Of a DNA stretch of 64,000 bases, positions 55,805-64,000 are shown piece after piece. Within the stretch, counting starts at the first letter, position 1. Every line of letters starts with the position of its first letter. The stretch spans positions 96,001 to 160,000 of IMG/VR virus record IMGVR_UViG_3300049893_001984. One strand, 5' to 3'. The notes beneath the pieces were generated by a model that was not told the DNA's origin, did not search any database, and saw only the letters and a program-made list of their open reading frames with translations. The translations under genes and the position numbers were made by a program. Origin of the DNA: a virus.

Positions 55805-55864
55805 GGGCGGGAGTGTAACTTCTTTATTAAAAACGTAAAGTAAAGATTTATTACACTCCCGCCC
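55805..55864. repeat. 14-bp perfect inverted repeat around AT-rich spacer
   Basis: GGGCGGGAGTGTAA ... TTACACTCCCGCCC. Confidence 0.8.
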
Positions 55865-55870
55865 TTAAAC

Positions 55871-57742
55871 CTACCGCACCCACGGATCAGGCATGGCCAG
55901 TTCACGTCGCAGCCGCTCGACATTTTCTGCTTGCTCTTTACGAGCCCTCTCGTCGGCCTCTTTCCTAATTTTGACAGAAAACTCTGCCATTTCGGTCAGA
56001 CGTTTACGGCATGGAAAACACGAAAATCGTACAGCCCCGTTTCGACTGTTTAACTCGAAGTGGTTAAGGCTGTATATGATTTCGTCAGGCGTCAATTTCT
56101 TTTTATGTGAACGTGCTTCAAACTCTCTCCCCCTAGAGCACAGGGTAGATTCACAGCTGTAGGTACTTGTTAACTCTATAGCTGCTCTAGGCTTCTTTGC
56201 TGAGCAGTTAAAGCACAGCAAAGGGCGCACTTCTGTCTTGTAATAGTCACGCAACCAATTGGTATACGCTACGTTGAGCGTAGTGACTGGACCAGCACAG
56301 CTAGTGCATTTTTCGCCAGGCACTTCAAGGAATAATGCGTTACGGAAGTTGAGACTGTCAACAAAACACATGTAACACTGCTTATACCCAGCAGAAGCGC
56401 CTCTTATTCTTAGGGCGCCATCGTGCAAGCCGAGCTCGTCTTGTATGTAATAGTTCCCAAACAGGTAATAATCCATAAGGTCAACGTGAGCGCATAATTT
56501 ATAAATTTTTGTGTTTTGAATAAACTGGTTAATGCGGTTTGAAACATCCATATGCGTACGACTAACACACACGTGTGGAGATAGGGGTATTGGTTTTATA
56601 ACTGTTGTGTGCCAACAATCCAAACACATGCGTTTATCCCCACAAAGTTCTCTTAACTCTCTAGTGTATATCGGCGGCCGCATATTTAGATATTCTAACT
56701 CGGACAAAGGTCTAGCACATTGAAGGCAATTATAGGCCGTTAAAGGTCCGGGTATGCATGGCCCGTCCGGTCTAGTATGAAGGCCGTCGATACATATAGG
56801 CCAATTTATTTCTAAGGCCAGTGGTGCGTTCGGGGAGGGGAAACTGTCAAACAGATCACCTGGTTTTTCTATTAGTTTCTTTTGGTAAAGACCGACAGGG
56901 TCTGGCGATCTTTGGATTTTAGGCTCTAAAGAAAGCGTAAATACAAATTTAGGGCCTGTTTCTTTTGAAGGCGAAACTGGTTTAGGGCTGTCTTCGCCTC
57001 TCAAATCAGCGGGAAGCTGGTCAAAACAACCGCCACAATACTTATCTCCGTTTATGTCTCTATACAATACGCTTATGGGGTAGAAGTCCCCGCATTCCTC
57101 GCATTGTTCTTCTTCTTCTGGTTCTTCTTCTCTTGTTTCTTCGTCTTCTGTTTCTTCTTCTTCGTCTTCGTTTACGTTATTTACAGGTGGCGTCAACACC
57201 CGACCGATAGCTATGGGATTAGAAGACGGATCCGAACCGGCGAGGCGAATTTTTATCTGCTCGCTGGTTGTGACGTTCTTCACGCGCGCGAAGAGCGTTG
57301 AGCGTGGGTCTGGCTTGGTACTGTAGTGGTTAGGCAACAGAACCCTTCGTACGTAGCGCAGTGACGCGTCGTTGAATATCTGGTCCTCTCGGTGCGACAC
57401 GTGTTGAAGCAAATGCATTACGACCGAGCCTGCCAGCTCTCCGTGGAGTAATCGGTCGGCGCACTCAATCGCTGTATGTGGTTTGCGGAATGTGACATTG
57501 AATATTATGTCTGATTCAATCTTTGCCGGATCGTGTTTATATATTTTTAGGTTGTAGTGGCATTGTCTATCCACTTGCACAATAAATGTTGACGTACGTT
57601 CATCGTCAGTAACGATATAAATTATCGTACCGGGTAAAGGCCTGTTTATTTTTGCACAAAGTTCATCGGACTTCTTATTCATATCAACGATTGTGTTGTA
57701 CATCTCAATCTGTTCATCTTTTGTTAGTAGCTTTGTATCCAC
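55871..57742 (-). CDS. Large hypothetical protein with multiple CxxC zinc-binding motifs
   Basis: CEECG, CGGC, CLQC, CLDC, CYMC, CTSC, CFNC, CFPC; E-rich linker. Confidence 0.65.
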   Translation of the reverse strand: MDTKLLTKDEQIEMYNTIVDMNKKSDELCAKINRPLPGTIIYIVTDDERTSTFIVQVDRQCHYNLKIYKHDPAKIESDIIFNVTFRKPHTAIECADRLLHGELAGSVVMHLLQHVSHREDQIFNDASLRYVRRVLLPNHYSTKPDPRSTLFARVKNVTTSEQIKIRLAGSDPSSNPIAIGRVLTPPVNNVNEDEEEETEDEETREEEPEEEEQCEECGDFYPISVLYRDINGDKYCGGCFDQLPADLRGEDSPKPVSPSKETGPKFVFTLSLEPKIQRSPDPVGLYQKKLIEKPGDLFDSFPSPNAPLALEINWPICIDGLHTRPDGPCIPGPLTAYNCLQCARPLSELEYLNMRPPIYTRELRELCGDKRMCLDCWHTTVIKPIPLSPHVCVSRTHMDVSNRINQFIQNTKIYKLCAHVDLMDYYLFGNYYIQDELGLHDGALRIRGASAGYKQCYMCFVDSLNFRNALFLEVPGEKCTSCAGPVTTLNVAYTNWLRDYYKTEVRPLLCFNCSAKKPRAAIELTSTYSCESTLCSRGREFEARSHKKKLTPDEIIYSLNHFELNSRNGAVRFSCFPCRKRLTEMAEFSVKIRKEADERARKEQAENVERLRRELAMPDPWVR

Positions 57743-57761
57743 ACAGTTTCCTTTCTTTTGT

Positions 57762-57840
57762 GAAAGAGGGACTTCTAAAATCGGTCCAGTTTTTCGAAAC
57801 TTAAGTGGAGAAAAATGGACGACTTTTAGGAGTCCCTTTC
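57762..57840. repeat. Long imperfect inverted repeat in divergent intergenic region
   Basis: AGGGACTTCTAAAA-TCGGTCCAGTTTTTC ... GAAAAATGGACGAC-TTTTAGGAGTCCCT with central ACTTAAGT palindrome. Confidence 0.7.
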
Positions 57841-57986
57841 TTCTTTAGAAGAAGCGGATGGTTTTCCGACAGTTTTCAGCAGAAGGTACCCCCCTTGAAT
57901 CTGAAAACCGGATTTGCATTAGACAGATCAAGAATCTCGATTATTCTAGCCTCTGTCAGTTTCACCCAACCAGCTTGGAGAACCGA

Positions 57987-58967
57987 ATGCCTCGCTCGTC
58001 CACTCTCACAATCCAGTCCTTGGCAGACGTATTCACAGCCCATCACAAAGCTCCCGCCGTATGGGTAGCTTTAACCCTGTTAGCTGCTGATCGTGGTACG
58101 GTCTGCCTTTCCCTTAACCGTAAGGCCATCGCACGTTACCTTAACGTTAAGACACAAAACGCTTTACGATGGATTGGCACGTGTATACGAGTGTTGGAGA
58201 AAGCAGGCTGGGTACGTACGGCAAAACACACTGTGCACACGGCGAAAGGTCCACGCACTGTGCGTCGGGTTTGGCTCTTATTCCATTGGCAGAACTCATC
58301 ACCAAATCTTATGCACCCGTTAGTTGATGCAACCATGCCGAAAGGCCGAAAGGCAACAGCAGGTAAATCTAAGAAGGGCAATAAGGCCGTTGCAGACGCA
58401 GCTGTCGAGCTTAAACCCGTTAAAGCGGTGGAAACGCCTGTATCGCCCGAGGAGGCTCGTCAGAGCCTCGTAAACGAGCTCTGGAAGCGTGTCTCTTCTT
58501 CCTACACGCAACCGACCTACGCAGACTTCTGGTCAGCAATACAGGACCACATTGTGCGTCTTGACTGGAATCCAGATACTGCAACGGTGCATATTGTTCT
58601 CAATTCACCTTTGGCGCAGTTACATACCAGGGTGGCTGAGCGGCGTGGTGTACTGATTAACCCACAAGTCTTTTATGCAGCCGCTAATACACTTCAATGG
58701 GATTACGAACCTTGTGATATCAATGACGTGGTTATGACAGGGGGCCCGCTAACAGACGGGCCCCCCAGGGTCGATACGGACGAATCTGAAACCAGCGGTC
58801 AGCCTGCGGTTTCAGTTGATGGCCTGTTAAAGACTTGCGCGCTTAAGTCTCTAACTCACCACGGTAACGCACTAGCCGAGGAAGAAGTAGCGCCCCTCCT
58901 CTTCAGCGTTCCTCCGCCATCTCTTGGATCCCATGGAGATGGCCTCGTTGATCCGCTTGTTGATTGA
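57987..58967 (+). CDS. Winged-HTH DNA-binding protein, possible replication initiator/regulator
   Basis: LNRKAIARYLNV...IRVLEKAGWV wHTH pattern, basic linker, second alpha/beta domain; start MPRSS behind GGAG. Confidence 0.5.
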   Translation: MPRSSTLTIQSLADVFTAHHKAPAVWVALTLLAADRGTVCLSLNRKAIARYLNVKTQNALRWIGTCIRVLEKAGWVRTAKHTVHTAKGPRTVRRVWLLFHWQNSSPNLMHPLVDATMPKGRKATAGKSKKGNKAVADAAVELKPVKAVETPVSPEEARQSLVNELWKRVSSSYTQPTYADFWSAIQDHIVRLDWNPDTATVHIVLNSPLAQLHTRVAERRGVLINPQVFYAAANTLQWDYEPCDINDVVMTGGPLTDGPPRVDTDESETSGQPAVSVDGLLKTCALKSLTHHGNALAEEEVAPLLFSVPPPSLGSHGDGLVDPLVD

Positions 58968-59468
58968 TTTACACATACGCTCAACTGAGCGGGCCTTCTT
59001 ACGATTGGAGGAGTAGCCCCACCGGTACAAGCACTTTCCAATGCTTGTGTAGTGGAGCTCCGTTGCGCCAAGGTGCCTGTAAATAGCAGCCGCCGCCTCA
59101 AGCATGTCCAGCCCTGCAAGAGACGGAAGTTTCGACCGGAGTTCGTAGCTCTCAACGACGGTCGTGTCATCGGTTATTGCGGTTGAGTTTGCAGGGCTTA
59201 CAACAGGCGCAGCCTTAACCTGGGCTCTACGCCGCATTGTACGTGCAACTGATTCCCGAGAGTCCTCTGTTACCATCGAAGTCAAAAACTGTATCTGTGT
59301 CTGAACCTTGTCCAAGTTGACTTCGACATCATGCTTCAGCTTTTCCACCTCAGACCGGGTAGTAAGCAGATCTGCTTCCTTCGACATCAAATCAACCAGT
59401 GTTGGCTTCAAGTCAACCTGGATGACTTCCGAGTTATTGCTCTTCTCTGCAATTGTTGCAATTTCCAT
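58872..59468 (-). CDS. Coiled-coil + HARE-HTH-like DNA-binding protein
   Basis: LEAAAAIY...LHYTSI...GY...R...GRYFFL. Confidence 0.5.
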   Translation of the reverse strand: MEIATIAEKSNNSEVIQVDLKPTLVDLMSKEADLLTTRSEVEKLKHDVEVNLDKVQTQIQFLTSMVTEDSRESVARTMRRRAQVKAAPVVSPANSTAITDDTTVVESYELRSKLPSLAGLDMLEAAAAIYRHLGATELHYTSIGKCLYRWGYSSNRKKARSVERMCKSINKRINEAISMGSKRWRRNAEEEGRYFFLG

Positions 59469-59477
59469 CGTCTACTC

Positions 59478-60875
59478 CTACTTTACAGTAGCCTTGGTGG
59501 CCTTGACTGCCTTAGCGGGTGTGCTTGCTTCAACCAGAGGCTTGAGCTCCATACCATAGGCCCTTGCCATTGCCAGAAGGAAGCTTTTCAACCCGGTAGA
59601 CAGAATGGTCACGATCTTCACGCCATTAGATTCGGCAACAGACCGGATCCGGCTCCAGTCATTCCCGCAATGGCGTTTTAAAGCAATAATTCCGGTGGTT
59701 CCGCCTGTCCGAATGCTTTCCACCAACTTGGAACTCTCGCCACCAGCACGCGAGGCAGAGTACCACTTGTGCACTTTTGCGCCGATCACCTTCTCCAGCG
59801 CAGTTGTCATGTTACCTGCATCCCTGGACAATGCCTCACTACCGTAGAAAGACCAGGTACGACTTGTGATGGCCTTAATCACAGCGGGGTTTCTGGTAAT
59901 CTGCTGCAGTAGGTAGTGCACTTCCGGGTCCTTGCCTTTCACCGCCTCCATCTTTCTGGAAGCTTCTTTCACGTCCGACTCCACGAGAACCTTACAAATT
60001 TCCACGTCAGTAAGTTCCGGAGCCGTTATTGCCTCTTCCTGGGCGAGGATTTTATCCTCCACGTCCTGAAGAGCCTTGATCCAGCCCACTGGCGGTTGTG
60101 CAAACGACGAAGACCAGTAACACGGATCTTCAAGCTTGTGGGCCGCCGCTACACTCTTGTAAATCTCAGTGCAGTTGTTGAACAGCACAGTTTCGTACAC
60201 GCAAAGACTTTCAGTGGGGCACTCAACTTCTAACAGCGCCTGCCTCATACGTATTTCCTGCCGAGCGAGATAGTAATCAGCAAGGGGTCTAATCCCATTA
60301 ACAGCCCTGATCTCTGAATCCAGGGTCAACGCCGCTGCATACACATCTCGAACGCACTCACGACTTCCGGCGATCGCAACCTCCGCCGAAATCTTGTTCA
60401 TCGGTATCGCATACTTCTGTATTACATGCAGGGGATTCCTTTCAAACTCTTCCCTCTGGCCTATCAGGAAATTCATCTTATCCCACGTCTGATTCATCTC
60501 AACCATAAGACGCTCAGACTCACTAATGTATTTGTCCCGCTTCACAATGGCTTCGGCAAGTCTTGCCCTTGAGCCGTTTATTCCCTGCTCAACCATTGTG
60601 ATCTGATCTTTCGTTGACGCATACGGCTTTATAGCTCGGAAGTCGTCGAGCATTGTCGTAAAGGTTGCCACCTCTTTTCGGTGGACAGCCACACTGTTCT
60701 CCGCTGAATTGCGCTGCTCAGTCATTTTCACTGCGCTTGCTCGCAACTCTTCAATTTCTCTAGACAAAGACGTCAGCTTGGGGATGTCTTTGACTTTGTT
60801 GAGAAGCAGTGATAATGCTTCGAAGTTCAACTCCGAGCCAGGTAATGGCTCTTGGTTAAGGACAACGTTATCCAC
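59478..60875 (-). CDS. Coiled-coil protein with C-terminal DUF2325-like Rossmann domain
   Basis: N-terminal heptads; C-terminal GG...IIALKRHCG...AESNGVKIV...GLKSFL. Confidence 0.5.
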   Translation of the reverse strand: MDNVVLNQEPLPGSELNFEALSLLLNKVKDIPKLTSLSREIEELRASAVKMTEQRNSAENSVAVHRKEVATFTTMLDDFRAIKPYASTKDQITMVEQGINGSRARLAEAIVKRDKYISESERLMVEMNQTWDKMNFLIGQREEFERNPLHVIQKYAIPMNKISAEVAIAGSRECVRDVYAAALTLDSEIRAVNGIRPLADYYLARQEIRMRQALLEVECPTESLCVYETVLFNNCTEIYKSVAAAHKLEDPCYWSSSFAQPPVGWIKALQDVEDKILAQEEAITAPELTDVEICKVLVESDVKEASRKMEAVKGKDPEVHYLLQQITRNPAVIKAITSRTWSFYGSEALSRDAGNMTTALEKVIGAKVHKWYSASRAGGESSKLVESIRTGGTTGIIALKRHCGNDWSRIRSVAESNGVKIVTILSTGLKSFLLAMARAYGMELKPLVEASTPAKAVKATKATVK

Positions 60876-60877
60876 GT

Positions 60878-61264
60878 CTAATTCCCTCCCTTTTTTAACT
60901 CATTTAACCAAAACCCGCTTGCACTTGTCTTCACATTTACTGGCGTAACCAGTATCAGGCGAAGTAGATCTCGTTTATAGTTTGAGAAATTTCCACTGAA
61001 GCTGAAGACTAACCTTTCCGTTGGTTTCATCCACTTTGAAACCCTCGTGTAGAAAAACTCCTCAAGGTCAGGAGGAGGGCTGTCCCAGAACTGTAGGACG
61101 ATATTTCCAGCGGACAGCAAGTCGCCGTTTTCCAGCTTTATTACCTCGATGTCCTTACTGCTTGCGGCCAACTCGCTAAACTCCTCGACGATTGGTCGCC
61201 AGTTTTCCACAAAGGTGCTCTCCACTAATTGGAGAACGCCTGTTAAACATCCATCGACCGCCAT
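60878..61264 (-). CDS. Hypothetical protein
   Basis: ORF with SD. Confidence 0.55.
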   Translation of the reverse strand: MAVDGCLTGVLQLVESTFVENWRPIVEEFSELAASSKDIEVIKLENGDLLSAGNIVLQFWDSPPPDLEEFFYTRVSKWMKPTERLVFSFSGNFSNYKRDLLRLILVTPVNVKTSASGFWLNELKKGGN

Positions 61265-61287
61265 CCTTGCATCCCCCCTTTTTTGCT

Positions 61288-61785
61288 TTACGGCACAAAC
61301 TCCTCGTTAACCTGCGCTATTCTTTTTGTTGTCGAAAAGGTTTGGTCATACGGAGAGAAGAGAATCCTCCCGCCATGCCGCAGCACTGCGCACTCTTCTG
61401 GCAGTTGCTTACCTTCATACTCCGAACCCTTAACGTAAAGACGTGGCTTATATAGCTCTATTGCTGTTTCCGGTGTGTCATCTGTGTCGCCAAGGATAAA
61501 GACCTCGTCAACACACCAAAGACTGTACAACATCTCTCGTCTTACGGAGGCAGGCCATCTTGGTCTGTCTACCCCTTTCAATCTCCTTACGCTTGCATCT
61601 GAGTTTATTACTGCAATTAAAGAAATATTGTTTTGAGCTCCAAACACATCTATTCCTTTTGATTTCGCCCATTTTAGTGTTCTGACATGCCCTGGATGTA
61701 GTAGATCAAAACACCCAGCGCACATCACACTTATGTCCTGACTAAGCATCAGTGCCGCTCTCCTTCTCTTCTGGTTTAAAGTCAA
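61288..61785 (-). CDS. RfaE2/HldC-like sugar-phosphate adenylyl/cytidylyltransferase
   Basis: GCFDLLHPGH (HxGH), NSDASVRRLKG..RP, DTP..I...KP..YVKGSEY...LPE, GG.I, STT. Confidence 0.88.
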   Translation of the reverse strand: MTLNQKRRRAALMLSQDISVMCAGCFDLLHPGHVRTLKWAKSKGIDVFGAQNNISLIAVINSDASVRRLKGVDRPRWPASVRREMLYSLWCVDEVFILGDTDDTPETAIELYKPRLYVKGSEYEGKQLPEECAVLRHGGRILFSPYDQTFSTTKRIAQVNEEFVP

Positions 61786-62089
61786 ACGCTATATCCTTTT
61801 GAATCCTGTTTTTAGAGTGGAACAGGTCGTGCAGCAGCTGTGACACTCTGATAGCCGAGAGCACATAGGCGGGAGTATTTATGTCATATAAGTGTAGGAC
61901 GACCAACAGCAGACCAGTCCAGTGGCTAAGACAAAACGCGCACAGGAGCAGGTCTGAAATAAAACCGCCCCGCGCTTCTAACCATGCGCGGGGCTTTTCA
62001 AATATTGAACCGTGTTTGAATGTCTCAACAGCTTGCCAGTTTGCCAGAGCTATTATCAGCAAACTGGGCAGGTAGCTACCGCTGGACAA
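61742..62089 (-). CDS. DUF1360-like membrane protein
   Basis: IFEKPRAWL...LLLCAFCLSHW, hydrophobic segments. Confidence 0.65.
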   Translation of the reverse strand: MSSGSYLPSLLIIALANWQAVETFKHGSIFEKPRAWLEARGGFISDLLLCAFCLSHWTGLLLVVLHLYDINTPAYVLSAIRVSQLLHDLFHSKNRIQKDIAFDFKPEEKESGTDA

Positions 62090-62295
62090 GGTATGTCTCC
62101 CTTGTGTGGCACACGATCTTTCTCCTCAATCGTGTACACTCTGTTACCGGGCTTATCCGGTGGTATCAACGCAGGCAGAGGCACAACTGGACGAAGCTGT
62201 ACATGACTGTTGTTGACGGCGTAACGGGGCACGTGACGCTCGGATAAGAATATGCGCTGGCGCTGGAGGAAGGCCATTGACCCTTGTGAAAGCAT
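62056..62295 (-). CDS. Small hypothetical protein
   Basis: Start reassigned to MLSQG behind AGGAG; ends CPAVATCPVC. Confidence 0.55.
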   Translation of the reverse strand: MLSQGSMAFLQRQRIFLSERHVPRYAVNNSHVQLRPVVPLPALIPPDKPGNRVYTIEEKDRVPHKGDIPCPAVATCPVC

Positions 62296-62345
62296 GGTTT
62301 TTCTCCTATGGTATGCTGCCGTAATGATAAGGAGAATAAAACCGT

Positions 62346-64000
62346 ATGTCCACACAAACCATGGCAAGCACCAGAGATCTAATTCTTTCTGGTAGCTCAA
62401 AGCCATCTGATATTTTGAAGGCTATGAGTGAACTGCTGCACAAGCAGCCCCACACGCTGGTACCTCTTCTAGGTCTTCTGTCTATTCGTGGTAAACCGTA
62501 CACGCTAAACAGACATTTCAGCATGGAGCCCTTGTATAAGCTAGCACTCCCCAAACAGTCGTTATGGAAGTGCGGCCGTCAGGTTGGTAAATCAGCGTCA
62601 TTGGCCAGCTCGGGTATTCTTAGGGCAGCTGGCACGTCAGATATCAACATGCTCTACTGCACCCCCCGGTATGAACAGATACGACGTCTGTCTACCAACT
62701 ATGTGCGCCCATTTATTAACAACTCCCTTGTCAAACACCTTCTAGTGGACGAGAGCTGTACTCAGCACGTCTTACAGCGGTCTTTCCTCAACCGCTCGAC
62801 GTTGTACTTCTCTTTTGCCTTCCTGGACGCCGATCGTATCCGTGGACTTTTCACAGATATTAACAACATCGACGAAACCCAGGATATGGACTTTGAATTC
62901 TTGCCGATCATCCAGGAGTGTATGTCGGCAAGTGATTACGCTATAACTATTTACTCGGGCACGCCAAAAACGCTCGACAACACCATTGAAGCACTTTGGC
63001 AGGACTCCACAAAGGCCGAATGGGTTGTCCCTTGCCAGGCCTGTGGTTACTGGTCCATGGCAAGTATCCACGCCGATCTTATGAAGATGATAGGCAAGGA
63101 TGGGGTTGTATGCGGACGCTGTTCAAAGCTGATTAACCCAGCTATTGGCCATTGGCACCATACGGACAAGTCCAAGACTGACTTCCATGGATTCCATGTG
63201 CCACAGATTATCCTACCTGTGCACTACTCTAACCCAGAGAAGTGGTACGAGCTGCTTTCCAAGCGTGATGGGAAAAAGAACTACTCATCCAGCAAGTTTT
63301 TGAACGAGGTGCTGGGAGAATCCGCCGACTCCGGTGTGAAACTCATTACAGTAACGGACATTAAGGAGGCTTCTGACCTTGGCGTCAACGAGTTTAACGG
63401 AGCCATGCTTGATAGGTTCAGGGAGCGTTGTCCGTATCGTGTTATGGGCGTAGACTGGGGCGGTGGCGGCAAAGACCAGGTGTCGTTCACAACAATTGCA
63501 CTTGTAGGCATGACAGCCACAGGCAAGATCGAGTGTCACTATTGTTTCAGGTTTCACTCGGGCTATGCCCATGACGACGAGGCCAGGTCAATCCTGAAAA
63601 TGTTCAGGGAATCTGGTTGCCAGTTCCTTGCTCATGACTTTGGTGGGTCTGGATCTGTACGTGAAACCCTGCTCATACAGTCTGGGCTGCCCATGGATCG
63701 TATTATGAACTTTATGTACGTCCGGGCATCTGCCAGAAACATGGTGCATTGGCATCCGCCCCCGGAAGGCGAAATCCGTGGATACTATGCGCTGGACAAG
63801 GCGAGAAGCCTCGTGCTACAGGCCACGGCCATGAAGTCCAAAATTATCAGGCTACCTGAATATGAGTCGAGCCGGAATGTAACATCTGACCTCTTGGCCT
63901 TGATGGAAGATAAGCACGAGATGCCAGGCGGCGCCGACGTTTACCTTGTGCGCAAACAACCAAAGCTTTCTGACGACTTTGCGCATGCCCTTAACTATGC
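62346..64000 (+). CDS. Terminase large subunit (GpA-like), truncated at window end
   Basis: ATG 62346 behind AAGGAG, open to 64000: KCGRQVGKS (Walker A), DRIRG...IDETQD (Walker B), SGTPKTLDN, CQACG/CGRC, NEVLGE, MGVDWGG (RNase H Asp), DDFAHALNY. Confidence 0.93.
   Translation, partial: MSTQTMASTRDLILSGSSKPSDILKAMSELLHKQPHTLVPLLGLLSIRGKPYTLNRHFSMEPLYKLALPKQSLWKCGRQVGKSASLASSGILRAAGTSDINMLYCTPRYEQIRRLSTNYVRPFINNSLVKHLLVDESCTQHVLQRSFLNRSTLYFSFAFLDADRIRGLFTDINNIDETQDMDFEFLPIIQECMSASDYAITIYSGTPKTLDNTIEALWQDSTKAEWVVPCQACGYWSMASIHADLMKMIGKDGVVCGRCSKLINPAIGHWHHTDKSKTDFHGFHVPQIILPVHYSNPEKWYELLSKRDGKKNYSSSKFLNEVLGESADSGVKLITVTDIKEASDLGVNEFNGAMLDRFRERCPYRVMGVDWGGGGKDQVSFTTIALVGMTATGKIECHYCFRFHSGYAHDDEARSILKMFRESGCQFLAHDFGGSGSVRETLLIQSGLPMDRIMNFMYVRASARNMVHWHPPPEGEIRGYYALDKARSLVLQATAMKSKIIRLPEYESSRNVTSDLLALMEDKHEMPGGADVYLVRKQPKLSDDFAHALNY

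Noticed and set aside
57104-57180. TTC-rich tandem-like sequence
   Set aside because: Simply encodes the Glu-rich linker of the 623-aa protein
55805-57840. Possible mobile element bounded by two inverted repeats
   Set aside because: The two repeats do not resemble each other, no target-site duplication, no transposase motif
1-64000. CRISPR array, integrase, transposase, introns or inteins
   Set aside because: No regularly spaced direct repeats seen; RNR, polymerase, helicases and terminase are of normal length without insertion motifs
1-64000. Stop-codon reassignment as in some jumbo phages
   Set aside because: Long conserved genes are intact and tightly packed under code 11, with TAA, TAG and TGA all used as stops

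Overview
This window is a 64-kb segment of a large (jumbo-type) dsDNA bacteriophage genome in the standard bacterial code. Almost all genes are on the minus strand. Plus-strand exceptions are a secreted protein (11.3 kb), a wHTH protein (58 kb) and a truncated large terminase (62.3-64 kb) that the ORF track omits. Core content: class II ribonucleotide reductase, UDG-fused family A DNA polymerase, primase, DnaB-like and SF2 helicases, RecA-like recombinase, SbcCD-like nuclease, ThyX, dNMP kinase, HAD deoxyribonucleotidase, MazG-like pyrophosphatase, glycosyltransferases, an HldC-like adenylyltransferase and one initiator-like tRNA-Met. The most striking accessory element is a terminator-bounded ubiquitin-like conjugation cassette at 30.5-34.8 kb (Ubl ending KG-C, prokaryotic E2, JAB protease, ThiF/E1, two unknown ORFs). 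The same window carries a second small protein ending in GG coupled to a Cys-containing partner, a codon-biased classic AAA ATPase and a metacaspase. Together these suggest a phage-encoded protein tagging/remodelling system (inference). All family calls come from motif recognition by eye; no database searches were run, so novelty is unverified.
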